Shown here piece by piece: positions 25,583 through 34,637 of a stretch of 64,000 bases of DNA (position 1 is its first letter; each line of letters starts with the position of its first letter). The notes beneath the pieces are model-generated. The model saw nothing but the letters and a program-made list of their open reading frames with translations, had not been told where the DNA came from and ran no database searches. Both the position numbers and the translations under genes were made by a program. This DNA comes from Candidatus Saccharimonadota bacterium (GTDB lineage Bacteria > Patescibacteriota > Saccharimonadia > Saccharimonadales > UBA10212): positions 173,883-237,882 of the forward strand of contig JACDFN010000001.1 of the NCBI GenBank assembly GCA_013815775.1, in the 5' to 3' direction.

Positions 25583-26755
25583 ATGACTCGGATTACCCGG
25601 GTGCTCATCATGGCCGCCGTCCTGGCGGCTATGAGTTCCGTTCTTCCCGGTATCGCTCACGCGGCGGCACCGGCAACCCAAGCGAGTCCGACCGCAACAA
25701 CCGCGTCGGACTGCGGATCTCCGGCCTACAACAAGCAGCAGTGGCTGCAAGGCTGGAAGGATCGTCCCGCACTCGCTCGTAGCGCAGAGGCTTGGGCACG
25801 CGCCCACTCGCGCTACACGCACATCAAGGCCGACCAGGGCTTCATGTCCTGGGCAAATCAGCCGCAGATTCAGGTCGTTTCGACGCCCAGGAACTACGTG
25901 CTGAGTACGAACACCTACTGCCCTGGCGGGCAGGGATTCTTCGACTACAAGTCGAAGCTCTCGCACGGCGGACAGAAGGTGATCGCTTGGTGCACGGTTT
26001 CCAAGTCGCTCAAGAAGGGTTACGGCTTCAGCCGGACGACCTACACGAAGACCTGCGTTCCGCTCGTCAAGAGCTACTGCAGGAATCTCGTGACGGGCAA
26101 GCCCTTCAAGATCGTCTGGACCGTCTCCAAGAAGACACCGGCCAAGCCGGCACCCCCCAAGCCGAACCCGCCAGTGGCGGTTCCGCCCGGGAGCTGCAAT
26201 GCGATCAACTCCCCCGGAGCGGTCGTCTGCAGTTCGTTCTACGTGATCGTCACGTGCGGCGGCGCGCAGATCAGCATCAACGGAAGCACCAAGGAGGAAG
26301 CGGAACAGAAGGCGAGCCAGTACGTGGCGAATAACTGCAATACGAGCTCGCCGGCTCCACCGCCTGTCGTGGTGAATCCACCTGCTCCGCCGCCTGTCTG
26401 CCCCCCGGGCACGACAGGTACTCCGCCGAACTGTCAGTACCCGCCCCCCCCGCCTCCGGCCAACCGGCCGCCGATGGTGACGATCGAGAATCCTCCGGCG
26501 CACGTGTGCGTCAATGGACGGTTCGAGTTCCGAGCCAATTTCTCGGACCCGGACGGGGACAACCTGCAGGTCAGCTGGTCGGCGACCTACGGCACGATTT
26601 CCAGTGGCCGCGAACGCGCAACGTTCACAGCACCCGGATCGGCTGGTACAGCCAGTGTCACGGTCACGGTGTCGGACGGCAAGGAAAGCCGTTCGGCTAC
26701 AGTCTCCTTCCCAATTCGGGCGGAGGCTTGGCCTCCGACCCCGGAGACCTGCTGA
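25583..26755 (+). CDS. Secreted Pro-rich protein with C-terminal PKD/Ig-like domain, encoded in a high-GC insert
   Basis: GGAGG RBS at 25570-25574. Signal peptide MTRITRVLIMAAVLAAMSSVLPGIAHAAAP. Pro-rich linkers (PAKPAPPKPNPPVAVPP; PPAPPPVCPP...PPPPPPANRPP). C-terminal FRANFSDPDGDNLQVSWSATYG...TVTVSDG is PKD-like. GC is 62-77% in counted lines against 22-28% in the flanks. The ORF is open from 25490 but the upstream part has no support. Confidence 0.75.
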   Translation: MTRITRVLIMAAVLAAMSSVLPGIAHAAAPATQASPTATTASDCGSPAYNKQQWLQGWKDRPALARSAEAWARAHSRYTHIKADQGFMSWANQPQIQVVSTPRNYVLSTNTYCPGGQGFFDYKSKLSHGGQKVIAWCTVSKSLKKGYGFSRTTYTKTCVPLVKSYCRNLVTGKPFKIVWTVSKKTPAKPAPPKPNPPVAVPPGSCNAINSPGAVVCSSFYVIVTCGGAQISINGSTKEEAEQKASQYVANNCNTSSPAPPPVVVNPPAPPPVCPPGTTGTPPNCQYPPPPPPANRPPMVTIENPPAHVCVNGRFEFRANFSDPDGDNLQVSWSATYGTISSGRERATFTAPGSAGTASVTVTVSDGKESRSATVSFPIRAEAWPPTPETC

Positions 26756-26929
26756 GCAGATCGTTAGTCGGTTGGGGCACTCGCATCGCGGGTGCCCCAC
26801 ACCGGCTGCCGGAAATTCCTCTCATCTGAGAGTAGAGTTTCCGGCAGCCGTTAAACAATGTTTAAAGCCCAATGACTATCTAGTTTGCAACTTAATAAAG
26901 TAATAAATTTAAAGAAAGGAGACTTTAAT

Positions 26930-27913
26930 ATGACAAGATTGTCTAAAGTCTTTGCAGCCCTTTTAATGGTGCCTGCGCTTGCCTTTGCTGGTACTGCCTA
27001 TGCAGCTGCCGAGGGGCAAATTGAAGGCGGTAATATTTACCGTATAAAAAATATAACTAAAAATAGCGAACTTACAGACCCAGCCAGTGCTGCTGCTTGT
27101 GATACCCTTTTGTACTGGGTTCGTATTCACAACCCAGGACCTGGTTTCCTGAGTGACGTAAAAGTTAAGGCTACTTTGCCTAACGTTACAGCCAATACTC
27201 ATAGCTCAACAATGACTGTAAGTGCAGTTAATGCAGACCCTACCAGTACTACTGATACAGCTACTGTTAATCTCTCAAGCTCACAGAGCTTAAACTACGA
27301 GAGTGGTAGTACTCAGCTGCTTGACGCAAACGGTAATGTTATGCGAACTCTTTCTGATGGTATTACCCAAGGCGGAGTTAGCATCGGTAACGTAGGCGTT
27401 TCTCTTGGTGAGAAGCGATTCGTACAGTTCAAAGTAAAAGTTAACTGCCCTCAACCTGTAGTTCCTAAGTCTAACTTTGAATGTAAGACTCTGGATGTAA
27501 ACCAAATTGACCGCACCCGGTTCGACTTTACAGCTCGAGCCTTTGCGGAAAACGCAGTAATCCAAAGCTACACATTTACAGTAAAGAACTCTGGTGGCTC
27601 TATGGTTGACACCAAAACCGTCAACACCAGCGCTACAAGTGCTGTTTACAATTTCGACCGCTCAGCAGCCGGCTCATACACCGTAAGTGTTATTGTCAAT
27701 ACTAACAAAGGCAGCACTTACGCTTCTAGCCTCTGCACAAAACACATAACAGTAAAAGAACAACCTACTACTCCTACTACTCCTCCGGTAGTTCAAGGCA
27801 AAACCACAGAAGAATTGCCTAACACCGGTGCAGGAAGCTTGTTAGGACTGTTTGCTGGAGCCAGCGCTGCTGGTTCAGCTGTCCATTACGCTGTCCGACG
27901 TTACATCGGATAA
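26930..27913 (+). CDS. LPXTG-anchored cell-surface protein
   Basis: AAAGGAG RBS. Signal peptide MTRLSKVFAALLMVPALAFAGTAYAAA. The C-terminal sorting signal is LPNTG, a hydrophobic stretch, then RRYIG. The middle consists of Ig/CARDB-like beta-rich domains. The ORF track starts at a TTG at 26885; I prefer the ATG at 26930. Confidence 0.85.
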   Translation: MTRLSKVFAALLMVPALAFAGTAYAAAEGQIEGGNIYRIKNITKNSELTDPASAAACDTLLYWVRIHNPGPGFLSDVKVKATLPNVTANTHSSTMTVSAVNADPTSTTDTATVNLSSSQSLNYESGSTQLLDANGNVMRTLSDGITQGGVSIGNVGVSLGEKRFVQFKVKVNCPQPVVPKSNFECKTLDVNQIDRTRFDFTARAFAENAVIQSYTFTVKNSGGSMVDTKTVNTSATSAVYNFDRSAAGSYTVSVIVNTNKGSTYASSLCTKHITVKEQPTTPTTPPVVQGKTTEELPNTGAGSLLGLFAGASAAGSAVHYAVRRYIG

Positions 27914-28070
27914 CTAAAACCAAAACGTCAACCAGTTTTGGCAAACTAACCAAAGTGCTAGCACATTGCTTGTGGATATCTCCTTGAGAAAATCGCAAAA
28001 TTGTGCTAGCCTATGGCTTAGGAAAAGCGAACTGACTGACCGCTCTATTCCAAAATTAATTTGGTATTGA

Positions 28071-28112
28071 AAAACCCCCGGCTTTAGTAAGAGGAAGCTT
28101 GAGGGGTTTTTT
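28071..28112 (+). terminator. Intrinsic terminator after the LPXTG protein gene
   Basis: AAAACCCC...GGGGTTTTTT, with an internal GCTT/AAGC extension. Confidence 0.6.
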
Positions 28113-28202
28113 GATATCTAAGAGGTCTTTGTTAGAATACCTCTGTTGCTGTAGTTCTATATTTATAACGACAACTTTCTAAGTCGACCGTCAATTTGAC
28201 AA

Positions 28203-28277
28203 GGTCCCATCGTCTAGCGGCTAGGACACCAGGTTTTCATCCTGGCAACAGGGGTTCGATTCCCCTTGGGATCACCA
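28203..28277 (+). tRNA. tRNA-Glu (anticodon TTC), CCA encoded
   Basis: 75-nt cloverleaf: acceptor GGTCCCA/TGGGATC, D arm GTCT-AGCGGCTA-GGAC, anticodon arm CCAGG-TTTTCAT-CCTGG, and T arm AGGGG-TTCGATT-CCCCT, ending A-CCA. Confidence 0.9.
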
Positions 28278-28381
28278 TATCAACCGTTGGTTGTTAACTA
28301 ACTAACAGATTTCCCAACTAGCTTTCTCTAAGCTGGATTTATCCAAGATAATTTACTCAAGCGTATTAAGGAGACTGTTTT

Positions 28382-29161
28382 ATGACCAAAGTTTTAGAGG
28401 GTAAAACGGCTTTAATTACTGGTTCGGATTCTGGAATCGGGCAGGCCACGGCCATTGAGTTCGCTAAGGAGGGTGCCAACGTAGTAATAACTTGGCATAC
28501 CGATAAAATTGGAGCTAATAAAACTAAAAAACAAATTGAGACTGCGGGACAAAAAGCTCTGGTGGTTGAGGTTGACTTACGTGATGAAAAAAGCGTTGAG
28601 AAGATGTTCGACCAAGCACTAAAAGAGTTTAAGACGCTAGACATTCTTATGAATAATGCCGGTGTTGACGCTTCGGGGATTGAAGTAGCTGATTTAGACA
28701 CCAAGACTTGGGATAATTCGATGAGAACCAATATATATGGCTATTTTTTCTGCTGCCGTCGTTTCATTAATATTCGTAAGGAAAGAGGTGGTGGCGGAAA
28801 AATCATCCAGACTACTTCGGTACACGCCGAACAGCCGCGGGCTGGCGCTGCCGATTACGACTGCAGCAAGGGTGCAGAGCGTAATCTAACGACCACTTTG
28901 GCATTAGAGCTGGCCAAAGATAAAATTAACATTAACAGTATTGCCCCTGGAATGGTGCTCACCCCTTTTAACCAAGACGCCATAGATGACCCTAAAGTCC
29001 TTAAGGCGGCCGAGAAGACGATTCCCTGGAAGCGAGCCGCCCAACCAAATGAGATTGCCCGGGTAGCCGTATTTTTAGCCTCCGAAGCAAGCGATTATAT
29101 GACTGGCTCTACTGTAACGATGGACGGTGGACTTATGCAGAATTCTGGCCAAGGGGCATAA
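28382..29161 (+). CDS. Short-chain dehydrogenase/reductase (glucose 1-dehydrogenase-like)
   Basis: 259 aa. TGSDSGIGQATA (TGxxxGxG), NNAG, and the catalytic YDCSK (YxxxK). Confidence 0.85.
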   Translation: MTKVLEGKTALITGSDSGIGQATAIEFAKEGANVVITWHTDKIGANKTKKQIETAGQKALVVEVDLRDEKSVEKMFDQALKEFKTLDILMNNAGVDASGIEVADLDTKTWDNSMRTNIYGYFFCCRRFINIRKERGGGGKIIQTTSVHAEQPRAGAADYDCSKGAERNLTTTLALELAKDKININSIAPGMVLTPFNQDAIDDPKVLKAAEKTIPWKRAAQPNEIARVAVFLASEASDYMTGSTVTMDGGLMQNSGQGA

Positions 29162-29163
29162 AA

Positions 29164-29538
29164 ATGAAAGCTTACGGCAAAAAGACTTGGATAGTGCCGG
29201 AAGGCTATATACCCAAAGGCAGCAATGGCCAAGCGCCGGAAATGACCAGCCACGAGAGTATTAGCATTTTAAATACGTCAGATAAAAAAGCTAATATTCA
29301 AATATATATATACTATACCGACCGTGACCCCATAGGACCATACAAACTATCAGTTGGCCCGCGCCGCAGCAAACATATCCGGTTCAACGACCTAACCGAC
29401 CCTCAGCCAATACCCCTGGTAACTGAATATTCCAGCCTTATTGAGTCCGATATCCCAGTAGTAGTGCAACACACTAGGTTGGATTCTAGGCAGGCAGAAA
29501 ACGCTCTGCTTTCGACCATCGCATTCGGAACTAATTAG
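29164..29538 (+). CDS. Sensory-rhodopsin-transducer-like (ASRT family) small beta-sandwich protein
   Basis: 124 aa. PEGYIP...SHESISILN...IYYTDRDPIGPYKL...RRSKHIRFNDL...PVVVQHTRLDSRQAENALLSTIAF closely matches my recollection of Anabaena ASRT and Thermotoga TM1070. No alignment was run. Confidence 0.6.
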   Translation: MKAYGKKTWIVPEGYIPKGSNGQAPEMTSHESISILNTSDKKANIQIYIYYTDRDPIGPYKLSVGPRRSKHIRFNDLTDPQPIPLVTEYSSLIESDIPVVVQHTRLDSRQAENALLSTIAFGTN

Positions 29539-29542
29539 TTTT

Positions 29543-30811
29543 ATGTCCAAACAACTCACTGACCAAGATATCAGAGACGAGGTGAAGAAGCAGCTTTTAA
29601 GTAATGTCGTTACGGGCTATTCCAAGCATTTTAAAACTGAATATTGTACGCTGCAGCCCTCACCCGATACCTATCCTTTTCAATATTTCTGGGATTCTTG
29701 CTTTCATATTTTTATCCTTACAGCCGTTGGCGAACACTTGCTGGCTACCAGAATCATCAGAAGTCTTTTTAGTATGCAAAAAGATAACGGTTTTGTAGGC
29801 CATATTCTTTTCTGGGGTAGGCTTAGGCCGGCCAAACTAACCGATATATTCCAAAACCATCTTAGTGAATCGTTTAGACCACATATGAGCGCGCTTATCC
29901 AACCACCCCTAGCCGCCCAAGCCCTAGAGCGCATTTATTATCACACTAAAGATAAGAAATTATTAGAAGAAATGGTGCCCAAACTAAAAAAATACTATGA
30001 CTGGTTAGGTCACAACAGAGATTTAGATGGTGACGGCTTACTGAGCATTGTAACTATGTTCGAGACCGGAATGGATTGGAAACCAACTATGGATTCACTG
30101 GTAGGTCATAGTGGTAAATCCAGCAGAAGTTTATTTTGGAGGGGGGTGTTCGTTGACTTTCGTAATTTTAGCCGTGGGTACGACATTAAAAAAATACATA
30201 AGGCTAATAAATTCTTACTCAAAGAGGTGGCCTTTAATACAATCTATGCTCAAAACTTAGCAGCACTTTCTGAACTGTGCACGCAAATTGGCGATAAACA
30301 AGCGTCTAAGTACAAGCGATTATCCGATAAAGTCTCAGCCTCAATTATGAGTAAAATGTACGATTCTGGGGCGGTCGCCTTTTGGGACATAAAGGCCGGC
30401 TCTAATGAGCCAATTAAGGTGCTTACACCGACCATATTCTTTCCCATGGTCCTGCCTATTGTGACTAAGCAAATGGCTCAGGAGCTAATTAAAAGGCATC
30501 TTAATAATAAGCAGGAATTTGATACAAACTATCCAATTCCATCGGTGGCCATTAACGAGGCCTCTTTTAATCAGTTTGAATCAGAATTTTTGTGGCGTGG
30601 GCCAACTTGGGTGCTATATAACTGGTTTGTTTACCAGTGTCTGTTTTGTAAGGGATTTAAAAAAGAGGCCAAAGTCCTTAGCGATTCTATCCGGGCCTTA
30701 ATTAACAAAAGCGGGCTTAGGGAATACTACAATCCGCTTACTGGCGAAGGTTATGGCGCGAAGCATTTCACTTGGTCGGGGGTAGTGGTTGATATGCTCA
30801 ACTTAAAATAA
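29543..30811 (+). CDS. (alpha/alpha)6-barrel glycoside hydrolase (GH63 / MGH1 / trehalase-like)
   Basis: 422 aa. FQYFWDSCFHIF, DGDGLL, and WRGPTWVLYNWF are typical of GH37/GH63-type barrels. Specificity is unknown. Confidence 0.6.
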   Translation: MSKQLTDQDIRDEVKKQLLSNVVTGYSKHFKTEYCTLQPSPDTYPFQYFWDSCFHIFILTAVGEHLLATRIIRSLFSMQKDNGFVGHILFWGRLRPAKLTDIFQNHLSESFRPHMSALIQPPLAAQALERIYYHTKDKKLLEEMVPKLKKYYDWLGHNRDLDGDGLLSIVTMFETGMDWKPTMDSLVGHSGKSSRSLFWRGVFVDFRNFSRGYDIKKIHKANKFLLKEVAFNTIYAQNLAALSELCTQIGDKQASKYKRLSDKVSASIMSKMYDSGAVAFWDIKAGSNEPIKVLTPTIFFPMVLPIVTKQMAQELIKRHLNNKQEFDTNYPIPSVAINEASFNQFESEFLWRGPTWVLYNWFVYQCLFCKGFKKEAKVLSDSIRALINKSGLREYYNPLTGEGYGAKHFTWSGVVVDMLNLK

Positions 30812-30875
30812 AAATACATTTTATAAATGCTATAAAGTACTAGGCGCCTAACTTTTGCTAGATAAGGAGGTGAAA

Positions 30876-30956
30876 ATGCTTGACTGGCTGTTGCTAAGCT
30901 TAATATCGTTCAATAACTCGTTCCACCTGATAATCTCTACCACAATCCTCTTATAA
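30876..30956 (+). CDS. Candidate 26-aa hydrophobic micropeptide
   Basis: A near-perfect SD (TAAGGAGGTG) sits 5 nt before the ATG. Peptide: MLDWLLLSLISFNNSFHLIISTTILL. A hairpin CCCCAC-CTAGT-GTGGGG plus a T-rich tail lies ~30 nt downstream. It is below the ORF-track size cutoff. Confidence 0.3.
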   Translation: MLDWLLLSLISFNNSFHLIISTTILL

Positions 30957-31164
30957 ACCGACAGGTGCAGGGTCACCATCTAAAGCGCCCCACCTAGTGT
31001 GGGGTATTTTACTCCTAGGATTAGCGGCGGTGCTGTTAATTTATTTACAAACAGTGTGATCCCCCCTTTAAGTTGTACGCCAGCACAGAGGAAGCTATGG
31101 CTAGTATTTGTCAAATCAGTCTGGCATACTGAAGTTATAGAATATAGATAACAAATGTATAGAG

Positions 31165-32478
31165 GTGGGTGTGTTTAACAAAAAAACTGTTCGTGAAGTC
31201 GAGCTCACAGGCAAACGCGTTCTTCTTAGAGCCGACTTTAATGTACCGGTAAAAAAAGGCATCATCAGCGATGATTATCGGGTTAAGCAATCTTTACCCA
31301 CGATTGATTATATTCTTCGTCAGAAAGGCACCAGTTTAGTTATAATTTCTCATCTTGGTAGGCCCATAAACTCAGACGACAAGAGCAGCAGCCTTGCCCC
31401 AGTGGCGAAACACCTAAGCAGTCTACTTGGTAAGCCCGTAAAATTCGCCGAAGACTGCATTGGAGAAGACGCTAAAAAGACGGCAGATGAGCTTCGGGCA
31501 GGTGACATACTGCTACTGGAAAATCTTCGCTATCACAAAGAGGAAGAAAAAAATGACGAGCAGTTTGCTAAAAATATCGTGGAAGCATCCGGCGGAGAAA
31601 TTTTTGTCCAAGATGGGTTTGGGGTGGTTCATCGAGCACATGCTTCTACCGACGCTATCACGAAACTTTTACCAGCAGTGGCTGGTTTGTTGCTTGAGAA
31701 AGAAATCAAGGCTGTTATAAAAGTCATGAAAGATCCAGCCAGGCCGCTATTGGCGGTTGTTGGCGGCGCCAAGATTAGTGACAAAATAGAGGTTCTAAAC
31801 CGCTTTATAGAAATAGCCGATTGTGTCGCCATTGGCGGTGCTATGACTAACAATTTTCTTGTTGCCCAGGGAATAAGTGTTGGTAAAAGTTTGATAGATA
31901 AAGAGTCTATAAACACTGCCCACGAGATTTTAGAAAAAATTAAGGTACAGGAACAACAACGGTCGTTTAGTTTTCTGGTTCCTGTAGATGTGGTGGTATC
32001 GACCGATAAGGACGGCAGGGCAACCACAAGGGTGGTGGACATTGCTAGCCATTCTCTTGCCGATATACAGTCATACCCTAAGTCTCCGCCTGCCGAAGCC
32101 TACAGTATTGCTGCCGATGAAATGGTTTTAGATATTGGGCCCATCAGCTCGGCGTATATAAGCGGCGCAGTTAAACTGGCTAAAACCGTAATATGGAACG
32201 GTACACTGGGTGTAACCGAGACCAAAGGCATATCTGGTGCCCACGACCCGTTTGCTCACGGTAGCCGTATGGTTATTGACGCTATGATAGGGCCGACAAA
32301 CTGGCACCACAGCAAACCATTTACGTTTGTTGGCGGTGGCGACACAGCCGCATACGTTGAGGGTGAAGGCCTTGTAGATGACTTTAATCATGTATCAACA
32401 GGGGGTGGAGCAGCTCTGGAGTTAATGAGCGGCAAGAGCCTGCCAGGGGTTGAGGTACTTTTGAATAAAGAAGGATAG
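31165..32478 (+). CDS. pgk: Phosphoglycerate kinase
   Basis: 437 aa with a GTG start. RADFNVP, ISHLGRP, GGAKISDKI, and the C-terminal STGGGAALE. It has a ~25-aa insertion relative to typical Pgk. Confidence 0.9.
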   Translation: MGVFNKKTVREVELTGKRVLLRADFNVPVKKGIISDDYRVKQSLPTIDYILRQKGTSLVIISHLGRPINSDDKSSSLAPVAKHLSSLLGKPVKFAEDCIGEDAKKTADELRAGDILLLENLRYHKEEEKNDEQFAKNIVEASGGEIFVQDGFGVVHRAHASTDAITKLLPAVAGLLLEKEIKAVIKVMKDPARPLLAVVGGAKISDKIEVLNRFIEIADCVAIGGAMTNNFLVAQGISVGKSLIDKESINTAHEILEKIKVQEQQRSFSFLVPVDVVVSTDKDGRATTRVVDIASHSLADIQSYPKSPPAEAYSIAADEMVLDIGPISSAYISGAVKLAKTVIWNGTLGVTETKGISGAHDPFAHGSRMVIDAMIGPTNWHHSKPFTFVGGGDTAAYVEGEGLVDDFNHVSTGGGAALELMSGKSLPGVEVLLNKEG

Positions 32479-32513
32479 TTAAGGTACAATAAGCTTAAGG
32501 ATAATAAGATAGA

Positions 32514-33311
32514 GTGAGAAAAATACTAATAATCGGCAACTGGAAGATGCACTTAAATGCGTCTCAGGCTAGCTTACTCGTACACCGTCTGCACGAGCGG
32601 ATTAGAATTTACCGCGATATAGAGGTTGTGCTGGCGCCGCCTATGCTGACTCTGCAACCCCTAAGCGTTCAGCTTGATCGCCGAAAGTTCCGCCTTGCGG
32701 CTCAGAACGCCTACCAAAAGGACGAAGGAGCGTTTACTGGAGAAGTAAGTTTTACGATGTTGCGCGACCTAGTGCATTACGTGATTATCGGTCATTCTGA
32801 ACGGCGCCGGCTCTTTCACGAAGATTTAGATACGGTTCGCGATAAGGTTGCCGCAGCTGTTCGGAATAACATCACTCCAATCCTTTGTGTAGGAGAAACT
32901 AAACACGAACGGGATGAAGGTGAAGCAAAGCAAGTATTGCACGACCAACTAATGACCGCGCTCAGTAATTTAACGGCTGCTGAAGTTAAGGATGCAGCTA
33001 TTGCCTACGAGCCGGCTTGGGCCATTAGTAATGGTAGTGACTATATAGGCCACGAAATAGCCAAGCCTGATGATGTCGAGAGTGCCGTGACTTATATAAG
33101 AGCTTACATAACAGATGTTTTCGGCAACACTGCCGGTAAGCAAGTCCGAGTATTATATGGCGGGAGTGTGGTCCCGGATGTTGTGGGAGGGTTCTTGGAT
33201 ATTCCAGGAGTGGACGGTTTTTTAGTCGGCGGAGCGAGCTTAAATTACCATACTTTTTCCGATATAATAGGTGCATCACAGCGTTGGCAAAGAGATAAGG
33301 GGGAGGTGTAG
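32514..33311 (+). CDS. tpiA: Triosephosphate isomerase
   Basis: 265 aa with a GTG start. GNWKMH, IIGHSERR, AYEPAWAI, YGGSV. Confidence 0.9.
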   Translation: MRKILIIGNWKMHLNASQASLLVHRLHERIRIYRDIEVVLAPPMLTLQPLSVQLDRRKFRLAAQNAYQKDEGAFTGEVSFTMLRDLVHYVIIGHSERRRLFHEDLDTVRDKVAAAVRNNITPILCVGETKHERDEGEAKQVLHDQLMTALSNLTAAEVKDAAIAYEPAWAISNGSDYIGHEIAKPDDVESAVTYIRAYITDVFGNTAGKQVRVLYGGSVVPDVVGGFLDIPGVDGFLVGGASLNYHTFSDIIGASQRWQRDKGEV

Positions 33312-33313
33312 GA

Positions 33314-34594
33314 ATGGTACGGATCGATGATAAGGAGAGAATATTTGACGTTAGCAGACCTCATAGAACAGGTCCTACCCCTACTAGCAAACCGATAATT
33401 GTCGGACATCACCCTATTGTGAACGACCCTATGATGAAAGAAAAAGAAGACGAGGACGATCTGTTCTCTAGTCATATCGAAAAAAAGGTTACTCCCGTAC
33501 ACGTGACAATGCACGATAACGAAACAGAAGTTAATGAAGCCAGCGAAGGTCACGAGACACACAACATTTCGAGTAGCGAAGAACCCGAGACAGAACACAC
33601 TTCTGACGAGTCGACCCACGAACCACACTACAAGGCTCTAACTCCCATTGAAGAAGATTCCACTCATAAAGAGTTTGATGACACTCCGTCGGAGCCTAGG
33701 TATACATCGGTAGAGTCGCTTATGGAGGAGAAGCATGAGCCCCTACCGAGCACTGGCCATCATTCATATGGCTCTGAACCCCCAATAACCGCGCTACCGC
33801 TACCCCATCCCAAGGGTGCGGGACCTCATAGTCCGTTTAAGAAAATTGTCGCTTGGTTCTTTGCGCTCTTATTTTTGGGCGCTGTGGGTGGATACCTGGC
33901 TGTTGATGCCGGACTTGTAGTGGCTAACATAAAACTTCCATTTGATTTCATCAAGGACGAAGCCCGGAAACCGGCGACAGTTATACCTCCACCAAGCACG
34001 GCACCGCCTCCCCCAGTTGCAACGACTTTACCAGCTGGATTTACCGTCTATAAATTAACTGGTACCAACATTAGCTTTGCATCTCCAGTCGAGTGGGGAG
34101 CTCCTATTGTTACTGCTGATCCTGGTTTTAGCAAAAGGGGCGGGGCGCTAAAGTCGGATGGTACCTATGCCACCGTTGTTGATTTTGAAAAAAATAAAGA
34201 TGTACAAATGGCCGTCTCGTCCAGCAAGTTTTTACCGCCCCAGCGAAGCGCTCTACACTATGACTTTTTGCAGTGGTGCGTAGGTACTAACGACGCCAAG
34301 ATTTACAAACAGCTTCTTAGAAGTACGACAACAAACGGAGTAGACTCTCCGACTACTATAACTTGCGACCAAGGGCCGCTTACGGATGCCTCCAAACTAG
34401 ACGAAAATACAATCGTTCAGCTAAAGACTAAAGGGTTAGACGGTAAAGATATTGGTGATCTTTACACCAAAAACCTGGCCGATAAAGCACTGGTTGTACT
34501 GAGGATAAAAGACGCAGCCACAATTCATGCTGAAAACATCAAAAAAATACTAGCCACTGTTCAGGTTGATTTAAAGCAACTAGTATTACCCTAG
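33314..34594 (+). CDS. Membrane-anchored hypothetical protein with acidic/His-rich N-terminus
   Basis: 426 aa. The N-terminal region is low-complexity and rich in E, H and T. There is a single TM (IVAWFFALLFLGAVGGYLAV), a Pro-rich linker and an extracytoplasmic domain. Confidence 0.6.
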   Translation: MVRIDDKERIFDVSRPHRTGPTPTSKPIIVGHHPIVNDPMMKEKEDEDDLFSSHIEKKVTPVHVTMHDNETEVNEASEGHETHNISSSEEPETEHTSDESTHEPHYKALTPIEEDSTHKEFDDTPSEPRYTSVESLMEEKHEPLPSTGHHSYGSEPPITALPLPHPKGAGPHSPFKKIVAWFFALLFLGAVGGYLAVDAGLVVANIKLPFDFIKDEARKPATVIPPPSTAPPPPVATTLPAGFTVYKLTGTNISFASPVEWGAPIVTADPGFSKRGGALKSDGTYATVVDFEKNKDVQMAVSSSKFLPPQRSALHYDFLQWCVGTNDAKIYKQLLRSTTTNGVDSPTTITCDQGPLTDASKLDENTIVQLKTKGLDGKDIGDLYTKNLADKALVVLRIKDAATIHAENIKKILATVQVDLKQLVLP

Positions 34595-34637
34595 AGCCAG
34601 CCAACCGTCTAATCCCTCCTCTGTTAAAATGGTGTAG

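Noticed and set aside
25559-26903. Long ORFs in other frames of the high-GC island: 25559-26800 (-, 413 aa), 25792-26334, 26506-26829 and 26514-26903.
   Set aside because: High-GC DNA is naturally poor in stop codons. These translations are Arg/Pro/Gly-rich low-complexity strings. Only the frame starting at 25583 has an RBS, a signal peptide and recognisable domain features. The same reasoning applies to 13406-13738, 13458-13646 and 13294-13485.
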